DNA of 64,000 nt from the IMG/VR virus record IMGVR_UViG_3300032236_000548, positions 40,656 through 104,655 of that record; one strand, written 5' to 3'. This document shows, piece by piece, positions 10,001-18,540 of this stretch (position 1 is the first letter of the stretch; each line of letters starts with the position of its first letter). The DNA comes from a virus. The notes under the pieces were generated by a model. That model saw only the letters and a list, made by a program, of their open reading frames with translations, searched no databases and was not told where the DNA came from. The translations under genes were made by a program, and so were the position numbers.

Positions 10001-13000
10001 ATTAGTCAATCACCATGGCGCAATGTATTCTTCTACCGCGATACTATTATCGACGGTATGCAACTTGGATTGATTAATTTCTCAGGTACAGACTACGCGG
10101 CTGCTACCGGTTCAGGTGCAACTTTAAGTGGAACTACTGGTAACATTACCATTACATTGACTACTGGACAAGCAAGCCCAACATGGATTGGTAAAGTTAT
10201 TGTGGACCAGACTAGCGAAACAGGTATTGCTGGTAAGGCTGTGATTAATACCGTTAGCGGTAACGTAATGAACTGTACTGTAGTGTATCCGTTTGCGGCG
10301 GTAATAACATACCCAAGCGGTTCATGGCACATGTACGACACTATCAACTATGGACGTCACTACTTGACTAACCCATCGTTGCCAGAAAGTCCAAGCAATC
10401 CGGCATTAAACAACAAGTTAATGGACGTATTCTTAACTAACGATGCTAACCGTGTTAAGTTAATTACATGTCAAGGCCACGGCGGATTTATGATGGTACT
10501 CGACCCAGAAGGTCAGATCAAAACTAAATCTCCATATGCTCAAGAATCTGCTAGCTTCTCTGGAAGTATAAACAGAAAACGTTTTGCTGGTGGTCAATTC
10601 ATTGACGGCTTTGCTGGACGTTTATTTGGTACTATCACTGGTGTAAGTAATAGCGGGTATACAATTACTGTAACTGGATCTACTAATAGTGGGTTGGATG
10701 TACGTGCTCCACAAACTCCTTGTGCATTCTATGTACAAGGTAATCGTTATCAAATTAACAATGTGTTGAGCTACAATAATACAACTGCTACTGTTGTATT
10801 AGGTTTAGATACAAGTACACCATTCTACCCAAGTGCTACCTATAGCAACTCATTATTGTATTCAAACATTGCAAGTGTTGTCGATGGCATTAGCTATGAC
10901 ATGGCATTTGGTAGTAACTATCAAAGTATTAAGACTGGTATTACATTCTTGCAACCTGCAAATTCTGTTGTAGGTCTAAGCGAGTCAATTATTACACAAA
11001 GTTTTAGTTATGTTGCCACACAAATTAATGCGTTACCTGGGGTAGATAGTCCTGGTAAGACTGCAATTAATAACAACGTAACTATTATTAATAACATTAT
11101 TAATAACGGTATTTTTGGAAATAGTACTGCCGGTATTCCAACAGTTGTGTTCCCTAACCCAGCTAACGTAACTGCAAACGTTTCTAATGCAAAATTATTG
11201 CTACAAGCTAATAAAGCATTTATACAAGCTGAAGTTGTTGCTCGTGTTTCTGCCAACTATAACGTAGGCGGCTTTGCTGGTTATAGTGCATTAACATTAT
11301 CTAATAACATTGGTTTTGCAATTGATGCTATCACTTATGACTTATTATACGGCGGAACAAGTAGCGTATATGACGTTGCACAATGGATGTACTTCCCAGC
11401 ATTAGCTACTTTATATACTGCGGCTATGGGTTACTTGGGTACAGTTGCTGGACAAATTGTTCAGAAAACTAATGTAACACGAACAAACGGTAATACACTA
11501 TTCCAAGTAACTACAGGATATACTGCGGCTACAAGTACTCAAGCAACTACAATTACTTCGTTATGTGCTGTTCTAGCTGACTATACAACTGATGGCACAT
11601 TTGGCAGTTCAACAAGAACATTGCCAACTGTTTCAAGTACAACAACTACAAGTTCATTAGCTACTGATTTTAATAATATTCAAACAGCAAAATCAACATT
11701 ACAATCTACTACAATTACCTATGCTAACAACGGTTCTGGTATTGTTATTAATATTGAAATGGGCGGTAATAAGTCCATGTTGGCCAACGACTTTACACAG
11801 ATTAACGACTTAGGTTATGGTATTCTATGTACTAACGCTGGTTTAACTGAACAAGTTTCAACATTTACCTACTACTGTTATACAGCTTACTGGGCGTTGA
11901 ATGGTGGACAGATTCGTTCTGTTGCTGGTTCAAACTCAAACGGTGTGTTTGGTTTACGTGGCACTGGTTCAGACGTAACTGAACTACCTAACGCAGTTAA
12001 CCTTGCTTACAACATGGTACAAAGTGCTCGTGTTTACAAACAAGGCGCATACTCTACTGCAATGCAACCGACTTCTACTCAGCAAGCATTAACAGTTTAC
12101 ATCACTAACTGGGAATACTTGCCAGCTGGTACAAGTGAATTAGAAATTGACCACACACTTGCTGGTGGTGGAATTGCACGTTATGAAATCAGTACTGTTG
12201 CACATACTCCAGTTAACGTTAACGGACAAAACGTTCTTAGCTTGACATTGAGTACAAGCGGTAATAACCAAACTAGTGCTAGCGGTTTACAATATGCATT
12301 ATACGATGGACAAATTGTTACAATTCGTGTTCTAAGTAATATTAAGTTTTACAACATTAGTAACGTAAAACCAGTTCGTCCAAGTACAGCGTTACAATAT
12401 AGTAACAACTTGGCCAGCATCTATCGTATTATTGCGTATAACTTAACAGAAGCAACTGGTGAGGCACTACCTGCTCACCAATCATTGCTACAGATGGATA
12501 CTTCGTTTGCTTACTATAAGTTTGTTGTCGATACAACAAATATGTACAACGCTGATCCATCAGTATACATAACATTAGGTACTGTTGCATTAAGCCCTGC
12601 TAGTACAATTGGTACAACATTATATGTTGTAACAAGTAGTCTTACAAATGGTGCACCAGTTGTTGGACAATATGTTGGCGGTTACGGATATCAAAACTGT
12701 GTTGTAACAAACGTTACAACTAGTGGTGCTAACACAGTTATTACTACAAGCACTCCACCAAGTGTAGCGCCAGTAGGAAATGTTTGGTTCTCCACAACCA
12801 CAATGGGTGCTCAAGTTGGCGACAACAAGATTGCTGTATTGCAGATTAGTGATACCGCAACTATTAGCCAATTAAATTCAGGTACTTACGTATTTGGTTG
12901 GGCAGGTCGTACACATCGTGTTATCAGTTATGTTGTTCCACAAACTATTGCATCTGGATCATTTGGTACTGGTAGTACCAGCAGTTATACTCTAGTTGTT

Positions 13001-16000
13001 AACAACGTTGCTGGAACTATTACTCCTGGACAGATTGTTACAGGAAATGGTTTTAACGGTACACAAACTGTTAGCAGTGTATCAACTAGTATCATAACCG
13101 GTACATCTAATATTCAAGCTACTATTACATTAAGTGCATATCCATCAAGTACTCCTAGCGGAACTATTACATTTGGTGGTGCAAACACTAACGGTTACTT
13201 ACAGATTGATCCAAACCCTGTAATCAATATTAGTGCTGTAGGTACCGGTGTAAGTGCCATGACTTATCAGAGCAATACATTAGAGACTGGTAGTACTACA
13301 AGTAAAATTGTTACATTTAACTTGCCATACAATTCATTGTATACATATCCTCCAGTCGACAGCTTCTTAACTGTTACAGGAAATGCCAATGCAAAGTATA
13401 ACGGTTCATATCAAGTAACTAGCTTTACAAATGCTAGCCAGTTAACTGTTGCATCGACAACTAGCTTGCAAGTTGGTATGGTTGTAAGTACCAGCACAAG
13501 CGGTGCGTTTATTGAAAGTTCAGTAACAAATCCAAGTGGTACTACAATTATTCAAAGTATTGATAGTCCGACACAGTTTACAGTTGCTCCAGCTATTTGG
13601 GCTCCTGTAGGAACTACTATCAACGCTATCTTAGTAGCCACTGTTGCAAGTATTACAATTTCCAATGCAGGTAGCGGATATACTAGTGCTCCAACAATTA
13701 TATTCAGCGGTGGTGGTGCGGCTAGCCAAGCACTTGCAACATGTAGTATTGTTAACGGCAGTATTAGCCAAGTTGTTTTAGTAAGTCCAGGTTATGGTTA
13801 TACTAGCGTTCCAACAATTACCTTAAGTGGTAATAGTGGTAGTGTATTCAACACTACAATTGGAACTAACTTGATAACTTTAAACTCAAGTGCTAACTTA
13901 CAAGTTAACCAAGTTATTATATTTGGCGGTAGTGTGTTTGGCGGTATTGTATCTGGTACACAATATTATATTGCTAGTATCAATGGTAACCAAATTACTA
14001 TTAGTGCAAGTACTGGCGGTGTTGGTATTATTACATTAACAACTGCAAGTGGTGCAGGTATGACATGGAGCACTCCAGGTAATGCTGTACTAACTCCAGT
14101 ATTAACAAGTAGTCCAACTGCTGTTGTAACCACACTAGCAGGTTCAGATGTTCTACAATTAAGTTTACTATATCCAACTGATCCAGGTACTAGCGGCAAT
14201 GCTACTGCTACTTCTAACGCAGTTGCTACTTTAAGCACTAGTTCAATTAACAGTAGCGGTGTATTAACAGTTGGAACTGTAAGCGGAACTGTTGCGGCTG
14301 GTATGGTGTTAACTGGTGGTCCTAACACAGGTTCAGGTATTGCTCAAATCAATTCATATGCTACTACTGCCACAAGCGGTAACGGTACTACTGTAACTAT
14401 TTCGTTCTCTGCACAGACATTTGTTCCATATGCAGTTGGCCAGACAATCTTTGTTTCAGGCGTAACTCCAGCTGGATACAACGGAACATATATCGTAACT
14501 GCGGCAACGACTAGCTCGGTTAGCTATACTAATGCAACTACTGGCGCACAAACTATTGCTGGTACTGTTGCAAGTAATGTCTACACTTATATTACTGCTA
14601 ATATTAGCGGTAGTGGTGCAGGTTCTACATGGCAAACTGCTACAAGTCAAGGTACTAACTTTACTGTTGCATCATCGACTATTACTGGCACTAACAACTT
14701 AGTAACACTAAGCTCTAACACTAACGTTAGTGTTGGTAACACGATTACATTTGCAGGAACAGCATTTGGTAATCTTAGCGTAGCTACTGTTAGTGCTGGC
14801 TCATTTGTAGTTGGTCAAACTTATACTATTACTAGTGTAGGTTCTAATACAACTACAACAACTACAACAAACTTTACACTAATTGGTGCTCCTAACAATA
14901 ACGTTGGAACAGTCTTTACTGCGACTGGCGCAGGTAGTGGAAGCGGCCAGGGATTGATAACATACTATATCACTGAAGTTATTGGTTCAAGTGTTGGTAT
15001 CAGTGCTGTCAAAGGCGGTACTAACGTAACCTTAACTGGTGCAACTGGTGCAAGTTTAACATACTACACTCCAGGATATACATTCGGTACAAGCTATACT
15101 GCAACAACATTTGGCAGTGTTTCAGGAACAGGTCCATACTTAGTTACTTTAAACATTCCAACAACAACTGCTCCTACTACAAGCGTATATTATTATGTTA
15201 GTGGTAACAGCAATGCATTGTATAACGGTTACTGGCAAGCAACAAGTAGTACTACAACAAGTATTACATTGAGCTATCCATATAACCCAGGTACTTATGG
15301 TATTAGTAGTATTACTACAGTTACTAGAGAAGCGACATCTGCTACTAGTTCAAGTTTAGGTCTTGCAAGACCATTCAATCCTAACTCAAGTACTACATTA
15401 CGTCTAGGCTACCCAGCAACAGGTGGCGCACAGATTACTGTTCGTATTAGTACTTGCCGTGCTACAGGACATGACTTCTTAGATATTGGTACTGGTGGTT
15501 TCATTACTACTAACTATCCAAACCAGATTTATGGTAACGCGGCTCTTAGTGCTAATGAAAGTAATGACGTTGTTGAAGAAACAACAGGTCGCGTATTCCA
15601 CGTATCAACAGACCAAAACGGTATCTTCCGTGTAGGACGCTTCTTCAAAGTTGACCAAGGTACTGGTACAGTTACATTCAGTGCTAGTATTGCGTTGAGT
15701 AACTTGGACGGTTTAGGATTTAAGCGTGGTGTTGTTGTAAGTGAATTCTCAACAGATCCTTACATGACAGAAAACGCCGCCGACGTTGTACCAGTACAGT
15801 CAGCAGTTCGTAGCTTTATGGACTACAGATTAGGTTTAGACTACGGTGGTAGTCCAGTTCCAACATCTGGTTTAATTGGCCCAGGATTCTTACCACTGAA
15901 CGGTGTGTTAAGTATGAAGGGTAACTTAAACATGGCAAGTTACACAATTGGTAACTTAACAATGCCAGTTAGTAACGTTACACAGTACGATGCGGCTAAC

Positions 16001-18037
16001 AGAGGTTATGTAGATGCTAACGCAACTGCATTGAATAACTTATACAAATTAAACGATGTAGCTACTGGTGCTATTGCAACTTATGTAAGTTTCAGTAGCG
16101 TAGGAAATACTGTAACATTGCAAGGTGTTTATGGTACTATTGTTCCAGGCATGGTTATTAGTGGAACTGGATTTAGTGGTGGACAAGTTGTTTTAAGTGT
16201 AAACATAACACCGGGTGCAACTTCAGCAATTGGTGGTAGCGGTACTGTTACTCTAAACGGTCCATATAACACTACTCCTAACGGTGTATTAACATTTAAT
16301 AATCTTGCAAATGGTAACTTCATTGTTTACGATTCAACATTTAATCAATGGACTAACATTGTTCCGCCAACTGGTACAAGTAATAATAACCAAGTTGCTA
16401 TTACATACACCCATGGAACTCCAGGATATTTGACTGCAACTATTCAACCAGGTGTTATTGTTAACTCAATGGTTAGTACTAGTGCGGCAATTGCACAAAG
16501 CAAGTTAGCATTGCAACCTGCAACTGCACAACCTGCAGGACAAAGTTCTTATGTACAAAGTACATTAGGCCTAAGTAGCTTCAACAATCAAGTGTTTACT
16601 TCAACTAATGGTTGGATTAATTTAGCTCAAGCTAATAGTGTCACTGCTACTTACGTGTCAGGCGGTACTTCAGGTACTACAATGACTGTGTCTAGTACAA
16701 CTAACATTGTACCAGGAATGATTGTAACTGGACTTGGTTTTACAAGTTATACACAAACTGTTGTTAGCGTTCCTAATGGAACTACACTTATTCTAAGTGC
16801 TGTTGCTGACGGAGTTCCAAGTGGTACATTACAATTCTCAAATAGCGGTATTGGTTTAAGTTACTTACAACAAATTGGTACTGGGTACGTGTTAGGTAAC
16901 AGAAGCGGTATTTCTGCAAGCCCACAATTAATTACTCCAGGTAACATTGTTGCTGACGGTGATGGTTTGAAGAATGCATTGTTCAGCATACCAAATACTG
17001 TTAGTTCAAACGTTAACGCAGTAGCAATGCTAGCATTGTATGACGGTGCAACTACTACAAATAACCAATACGGTGTTATCGGTATTACTACTACTGGTGT
17101 TGCTAGTAAGTTAGTTAAGACTGGTTCTGATGGTTCAATTAGTGCGGCATTGATTAACGTAGGTGGCTACAAAGCAATTACATCTAGCGGTAGTACAATT
17201 AGTTTCTACACACCTGGACAGTTCTCATTCATGAGTAGTCAGGACGTTAGTGGTAGTAGTACAACTACTATCAACGGTGTGTTGAATGCGGCTGGTACAT
17301 TAATTACAACTACACTTGAAACTGGTGCTAGTGTTGCTACTACAGGTACAATTACTGGTCAATGGAGTTTAGGTGCGTTAAGCTCAATTAACGCAAGTGC
17401 TGGTACATTACAGTCTAACAACCTAACATCTGGTAGTGCAAGTACAGCTGGTACATTTACTGGTTTGTGGACATTTGCTCAAGCTACTACAATGTCAAGT
17501 AATTTAACTGTTAATGGCACTATTGTAACTCCAACAATCAGCAGTCCAACAATTAGTGGCGCTATTACAACTACTAATATCACAACAGGCGATGCGTATA
17601 CTGCTGGTACTATTACTGGTGCATGGAGCTTAAGTGCTAACAGTACATTACAAGCTACTTACGCTGACTTAGCTGAGTATTACGAAGGCGATGCACAGTA
17701 TGAGCCGGGAACTGTTTTAGTGTTTGGCGGTGACAAAGAAGTCACAACAACTGACATGATTAATGATACACGTTCAGCTGGTGTAGTAACAACAAACCCA
17801 GCGTATGTAATGAACTCAGAACAAACTGGTATTAAAGTTTGTCTAGCACTTGCAGGACGTATTCCATGTAAAGTTGTAGGCCGTGTTAAGAAAGGAGACA
17901 TGTTAACTACAAGTGCTACTCCTGGATATGCTGTTAAAGCATTGACTCCAACACTAGGTGCTATTATTGGTAAGGCATTAGAGGATAAAGACTACGGCGA
18001 GGCCGGAGTAATTCAAATTGCTGTAGGGAGAGCATAA
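4070..18037 (+). CDS. giant (4655 aa) virion structural / tail-fibre-baseplate protein
   Basis: N-terminal IG..GNDGTGDSIRTSFNKVN.NF.E.Y (T4 gp9/gp10-like); T/S/G-rich beta repeats; about 9 helical (C.RD)..YD..YG.N repeats; C-terminal ADLAEYY...GRIPCKV autocleaving chaperone-like domain. Confidence 0.8.
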   Translation: MTQQIIDIGIQGNDGTGDSIRTSFNKVNQNFTEIYAIFGAGGSIKFGNLADAPGSSTFTIVSASGNGTQATLNFANPNPGLGLPFSIGQNIVITGTLPSGYNGAYTVTNATPTSVTFANTTTAAITQTGKIAGTAYSSNQVIMASTTGNSLTARDIVGINGITIDASDNNQLIIGSNSGGLITDPQPTLGTHMNADQFIIGNLADPDPSLVTQFNAVFASKGYTTTIGQMAVTVNYANNHYLQVTNGQVVGPLRVRAQPTVAQTNDPDYDPTLSGNYVSTEAIQRKDAILRSGDKMAGTLTLSDHPGSMAGAGTPNGADDLQAATKFYVDNNTHYSNVNLYVSTGGDDTQRKTPLGREGRAPQYAYKTVGAAALQAQNLINLSFTEPGPYRQTVAYTIGPSQYTSSVTSVSFSGGNSGIQGYLDAASLLESNKTFIQNETLAYLNQKYVNTFTFDKTRYSNIISDIVDGVAYDLVLGTNFNSTTQASILFNAYNSDVVGNLSTIIAAIQNAESQILNYSYNTDNTRTYIGKVINALCYDLEFGSNFQSIQVGLGFKYANTGLETTPTVINTVATATSGTAIGTDSSISGTTLVVGGSVTGTFAVGMTLSGIGITPGTTITALGTGTGGAGSYTISTSYSGGLSHVRVTGVNNRITVSSTQSMVVGSAIVFTGTSFGNLIAGNTYYINSIPDSANITISSSFGGSDYSLATATGSMVANTTAPSEIASALTNLANQITLLPAVSSTPSIVNSINAILKNISDIIVTGTLPAPTYPPVTTGTGFSYNSAKCARDVGLIVNAVLDDIIFNTNYRSLTAAFAYLRSYSNVVTTSQKAQTIAGINNARDQIIALVSSNNAAVTAITGKFGIITTIINNVSASGAPSVSFTNPGNTAVGIVNGAAELQSNRQFLIDETIAYVKANLSPNSIPLYDETSCRRDTGYIVDALTFDLLYGGNSATVVAADAYFNGVTSTISQETTAVASAFTHLQAIIGNIIQANTSWTKTTGNVTNQSTVVGVGSPAAASTVSTLLGYVIAIVNGGTSAGPAVIAPTYANGVNYSSYSSVQTTILSSLTSIESNVITFLNETYVSSTGQVSAVNLLLNNINFIQAEIVAYLLANYPTVTYNKATCQRDVKYIIWALCYDITYGGNSQSIYAGLQYWINNAYQIAGYEQAATVSAIGYLGTIAQNIVQNQTPVKLYQTGVIQYANTTLSGGSVATSSINTNIGTIQSIVASSSQPSVSVTYPTTSAVASTLTTAVAAITADTTTLESNAITYIDTNFPVLNNSIQKTTITNLFNTVTNILNGGIGSRTRPTYATTGFSSSIVQAQSAILANIDFITAETNAWINSQYPGVTYDPVASARDLSFVLEAIVYDITYGGSAATTQAANQYYANGVAQLVTGLPSVCSAALNHALNVTQNVVSNSLVTPSAGNYITTTGASGDGVNVTITFAPQATPPYSIGQVIAIQGVTPTGYNTNNGAGVTVTNCTTTSVTFASTASGAQTIAGKITKQVLNSSWTQSYAQSAVVNTLFGIVTGVIGSNSVATPVYPVITSYDNALQATFGIITNNTYTISNNVVTYLTNTFSGGFSYNEATCYRDLGYIIDGQVIDLLTDGTYQSITAGKSYYKNVSAKAIAIGSQYSETVDGIQFAQQLAIQVLNQTVQTRYQTLISQVTDNTKNATVGTNVATGTFVSNTTTTLTLTSITGVIVPGMVITGTGFTNSTPVTITSILNSSTVSISAAPAGTPSGTITLTATPVTTLNANMNTIISIINGGVGAAPTPSFGSGYYTVTFSNGGNGYVDQGQAGSNHIIPGKILVGDTSSSYGQIVSYVPGVSSNNDTVTLNMTRPGFFAYIPTTATATAGSTTLTVTATSYTTAFNSTSNIVVGLGVTGVNIPLGATVTAIIGNTVTISTPTLGILTSSNVVFGELLDFGETVSEQNITIYVESGIYYEDYPIKLSANVTIRGDDFRRTIIRPLNRISQSPWRNVFFYRDTIIDGMQLGLINFSGTDYAAATGSGATLSGTTGNITITLTTGQASPTWIGKVIVDQTSETGIAGKAVINTVSGNVMNCTVVYPFAAVITYPSGSWHMYDTINYGRHYLTNPSLPESPSNPALNNKLMDVFLTNDANRVKLITCQGHGGFMMVLDPEGQIKTKSPYAQESASFSGSINRKRFAGGQFIDGFAGRLFGTITGVSNSGYTITVTGSTNSGLDVRAPQTPCAFYVQGNRYQINNVLSYNNTTATVVLGLDTSTPFYPSATYSNSLLYSNIASVVDGISYDMAFGSNYQSIKTGITFLQPANSVVGLSESIITQSFSYVATQINALPGVDSPGKTAINNNVTIINNIINNGIFGNSTAGIPTVVFPNPANVTANVSNAKLLLQANKAFIQAEVVARVSANYNVGGFAGYSALTLSNNIGFAIDAITYDLLYGGTSSVYDVAQWMYFPALATLYTAAMGYLGTVAGQIVQKTNVTRTNGNTLFQVTTGYTAATSTQATTITSLCAVLADYTTDGTFGSSTRTLPTVSSTTTTSSLATDFNNIQTAKSTLQSTTITYANNGSGIVINIEMGGNKSMLANDFTQINDLGYGILCTNAGLTEQVSTFTYYCYTAYWALNGGQIRSVAGSNSNGVFGLRGTGSDVTELPNAVNLAYNMVQSARVYKQGAYSTAMQPTSTQQALTVYITNWEYLPAGTSELEIDHTLAGGGIARYEISTVAHTPVNVNGQNVLSLTLSTSGNNQTSASGLQYALYDGQIVTIRVLSNIKFYNISNVKPVRPSTALQYSNNLASIYRIIAYNLTEATGEALPAHQSLLQMDTSFAYYKFVVDTTNMYNADPSVYITLGTVALSPASTIGTTLYVVTSSLTNGAPVVGQYVGGYGYQNCVVTNVTTSGANTVITTSTPPSVAPVGNVWFSTTTMGAQVGDNKIAVLQISDTATISQLNSGTYVFGWAGRTHRVISYVVPQTIASGSFGTGSTSSYTLVVNNVAGTITPGQIVTGNGFNGTQTVSSVSTSIITGTSNIQATITLSAYPSSTPSGTITFGGANTNGYLQIDPNPVINISAVGTGVSAMTYQSNTLETGSTTSKIVTFNLPYNSLYTYPPVDSFLTVTGNANAKYNGSYQVTSFTNASQLTVASTTSLQVGMVVSTSTSGAFIESSVTNPSGTTIIQSIDSPTQFTVAPAIWAPVGTTINAILVATVASITISNAGSGYTSAPTIIFSGGGAASQALATCSIVNGSISQVVLVSPGYGYTSVPTITLSGNSGSVFNTTIGTNLITLNSSANLQVNQVIIFGGSVFGGIVSGTQYYIASINGNQITISASTGGVGIITLTTASGAGMTWSTPGNAVLTPVLTSSPTAVVTTLAGSDVLQLSLLYPTDPGTSGNATATSNAVATLSTSSINSSGVLTVGTVSGTVAAGMVLTGGPNTGSGIAQINSYATTATSGNGTTVTISFSAQTFVPYAVGQTIFVSGVTPAGYNGTYIVTAATTSSVSYTNATTGAQTIAGTVASNVYTYITANISGSGAGSTWQTATSQGTNFTVASSTITGTNNLVTLSSNTNVSVGNTITFAGTAFGNLSVATVSAGSFVVGQTYTITSVGSNTTTTTTTNFTLIGAPNNNVGTVFTATGAGSGSGQGLITYYITEVIGSSVGISAVKGGTNVTLTGATGASLTYYTPGYTFGTSYTATTFGSVSGTGPYLVTLNIPTTTAPTTSVYYYVSGNSNALYNGYWQATSSTTTSITLSYPYNPGTYGISSITTVTREATSATSSSLGLARPFNPNSSTTLRLGYPATGGAQITVRISTCRATGHDFLDIGTGGFITTNYPNQIYGNAALSANESNDVVEETTGRVFHVSTDQNGIFRVGRFFKVDQGTGTVTFSASIALSNLDGLGFKRGVVVSEFSTDPYMTENAADVVPVQSAVRSFMDYRLGLDYGGSPVPTSGLIGPGFLPLNGVLSMKGNLNMASYTIGNLTMPVSNVTQYDAANRGYVDANATALNNLYKLNDVATGAIATYVSFSSVGNTVTLQGVYGTIVPGMVISGTGFSGGQVVLSVNITPGATSAIGGSGTVTLNGPYNTTPNGVLTFNNLANGNFIVYDSTFNQWTNIVPPTGTSNNNQVAITYTHGTPGYLTATIQPGVIVNSMVSTSAAIAQSKLALQPATAQPAGQSSYVQSTLGLSSFNNQVFTSTNGWINLAQANSVTATYVSGGTSGTTMTVSSTTNIVPGMIVTGLGFTSYTQTVVSVPNGTTLILSAVADGVPSGTLQFSNSGIGLSYLQQIGTGYVLGNRSGISASPQLITPGNIVADGDGLKNALFSIPNTVSSNVNAVAMLALYDGATTTNNQYGVIGITTTGVASKLVKTGSDGSISAALINVGGYKAITSSGSTISFYTPGQFSFMSSQDVSGSSTTTINGVLNAAGTLITTTLETGASVATTGTITGQWSLGALSSINASAGTLQSNNLTSGSASTAGTFTGLWTFAQATTMSSNLTVNGTIVTPTISSPTISGAITTTNITTGDAYTAGTITGAWSLSANSTLQATYADLAEYYEGDAQYEPGTVLVFGGDKEVTTTDMINDTRSAGVVTTNPAYVMNSEQTGIKVCLALAGRIPCKVVGRVKKGDMLTTSATPGYAVKALTPTLGAIIGKALEDKDYGEAGVIQIAVGRA

Positions 18038-18525
18038 TGAGTCGACAATCTATAAACATTGGACAGTCTGCAAACGATCGCAACGGAGATCCGTTGCGTA
18101 CAGCATTTAATAAAATAAATGCCAACTTTATTGAGTTATATGGAAACTTAACCACATACTTGCCAAGCCCGACTGGAAATGGTGGGAAGTTTTTAACAAC
18201 AGATGGTAGTTCATTAATTTGGCAAACATTACCGACCCCTGCTCCTAGTTCGGCACCAATTACTGCCAGTGCAACTGCTCCAAATAGTCATCCAGATGGT
18301 ACTCTTTGGTACGACGAAGTCAGTGGCAGATTGTATGTATATTATGATGGCGGATGGGTCGATGCTAGTCCGCGTGGTGTTGGTGTTGCCGCCAGTGTTG
18401 GGTTAGGTACAAAAGCCGCTAACGATACAGGAACTGCTGGGCAGATAAGTTACGATGCAAATTACATATATATTTGTACAGCAACGAACACATGGAAAAG
18501 ATCACCATTGACTGGTGGATATTAA
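18037..18525 (+). CDS. baseplate/fibre-associated structural protein
   Basis: INIGQSANDRNGDPLRTAFNKINANF (gp9/10-like N-terminus), GTLWYD..GRLYVY, GQISYDANYIYIC...W. Confidence 0.75.
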   Translation: MSRQSINIGQSANDRNGDPLRTAFNKINANFIELYGNLTTYLPSPTGNGGKFLTTDGSSLIWQTLPTPAPSSAPITASATAPNSHPDGTLWYDEVSGRLYVYYDGGWVDASPRGVGVAASVGLGTKAANDTGTAGQISYDANYIYICTATNTWKRSPLTGGY

Positions 18526-18540
18526 TTAAGGACACAATCG

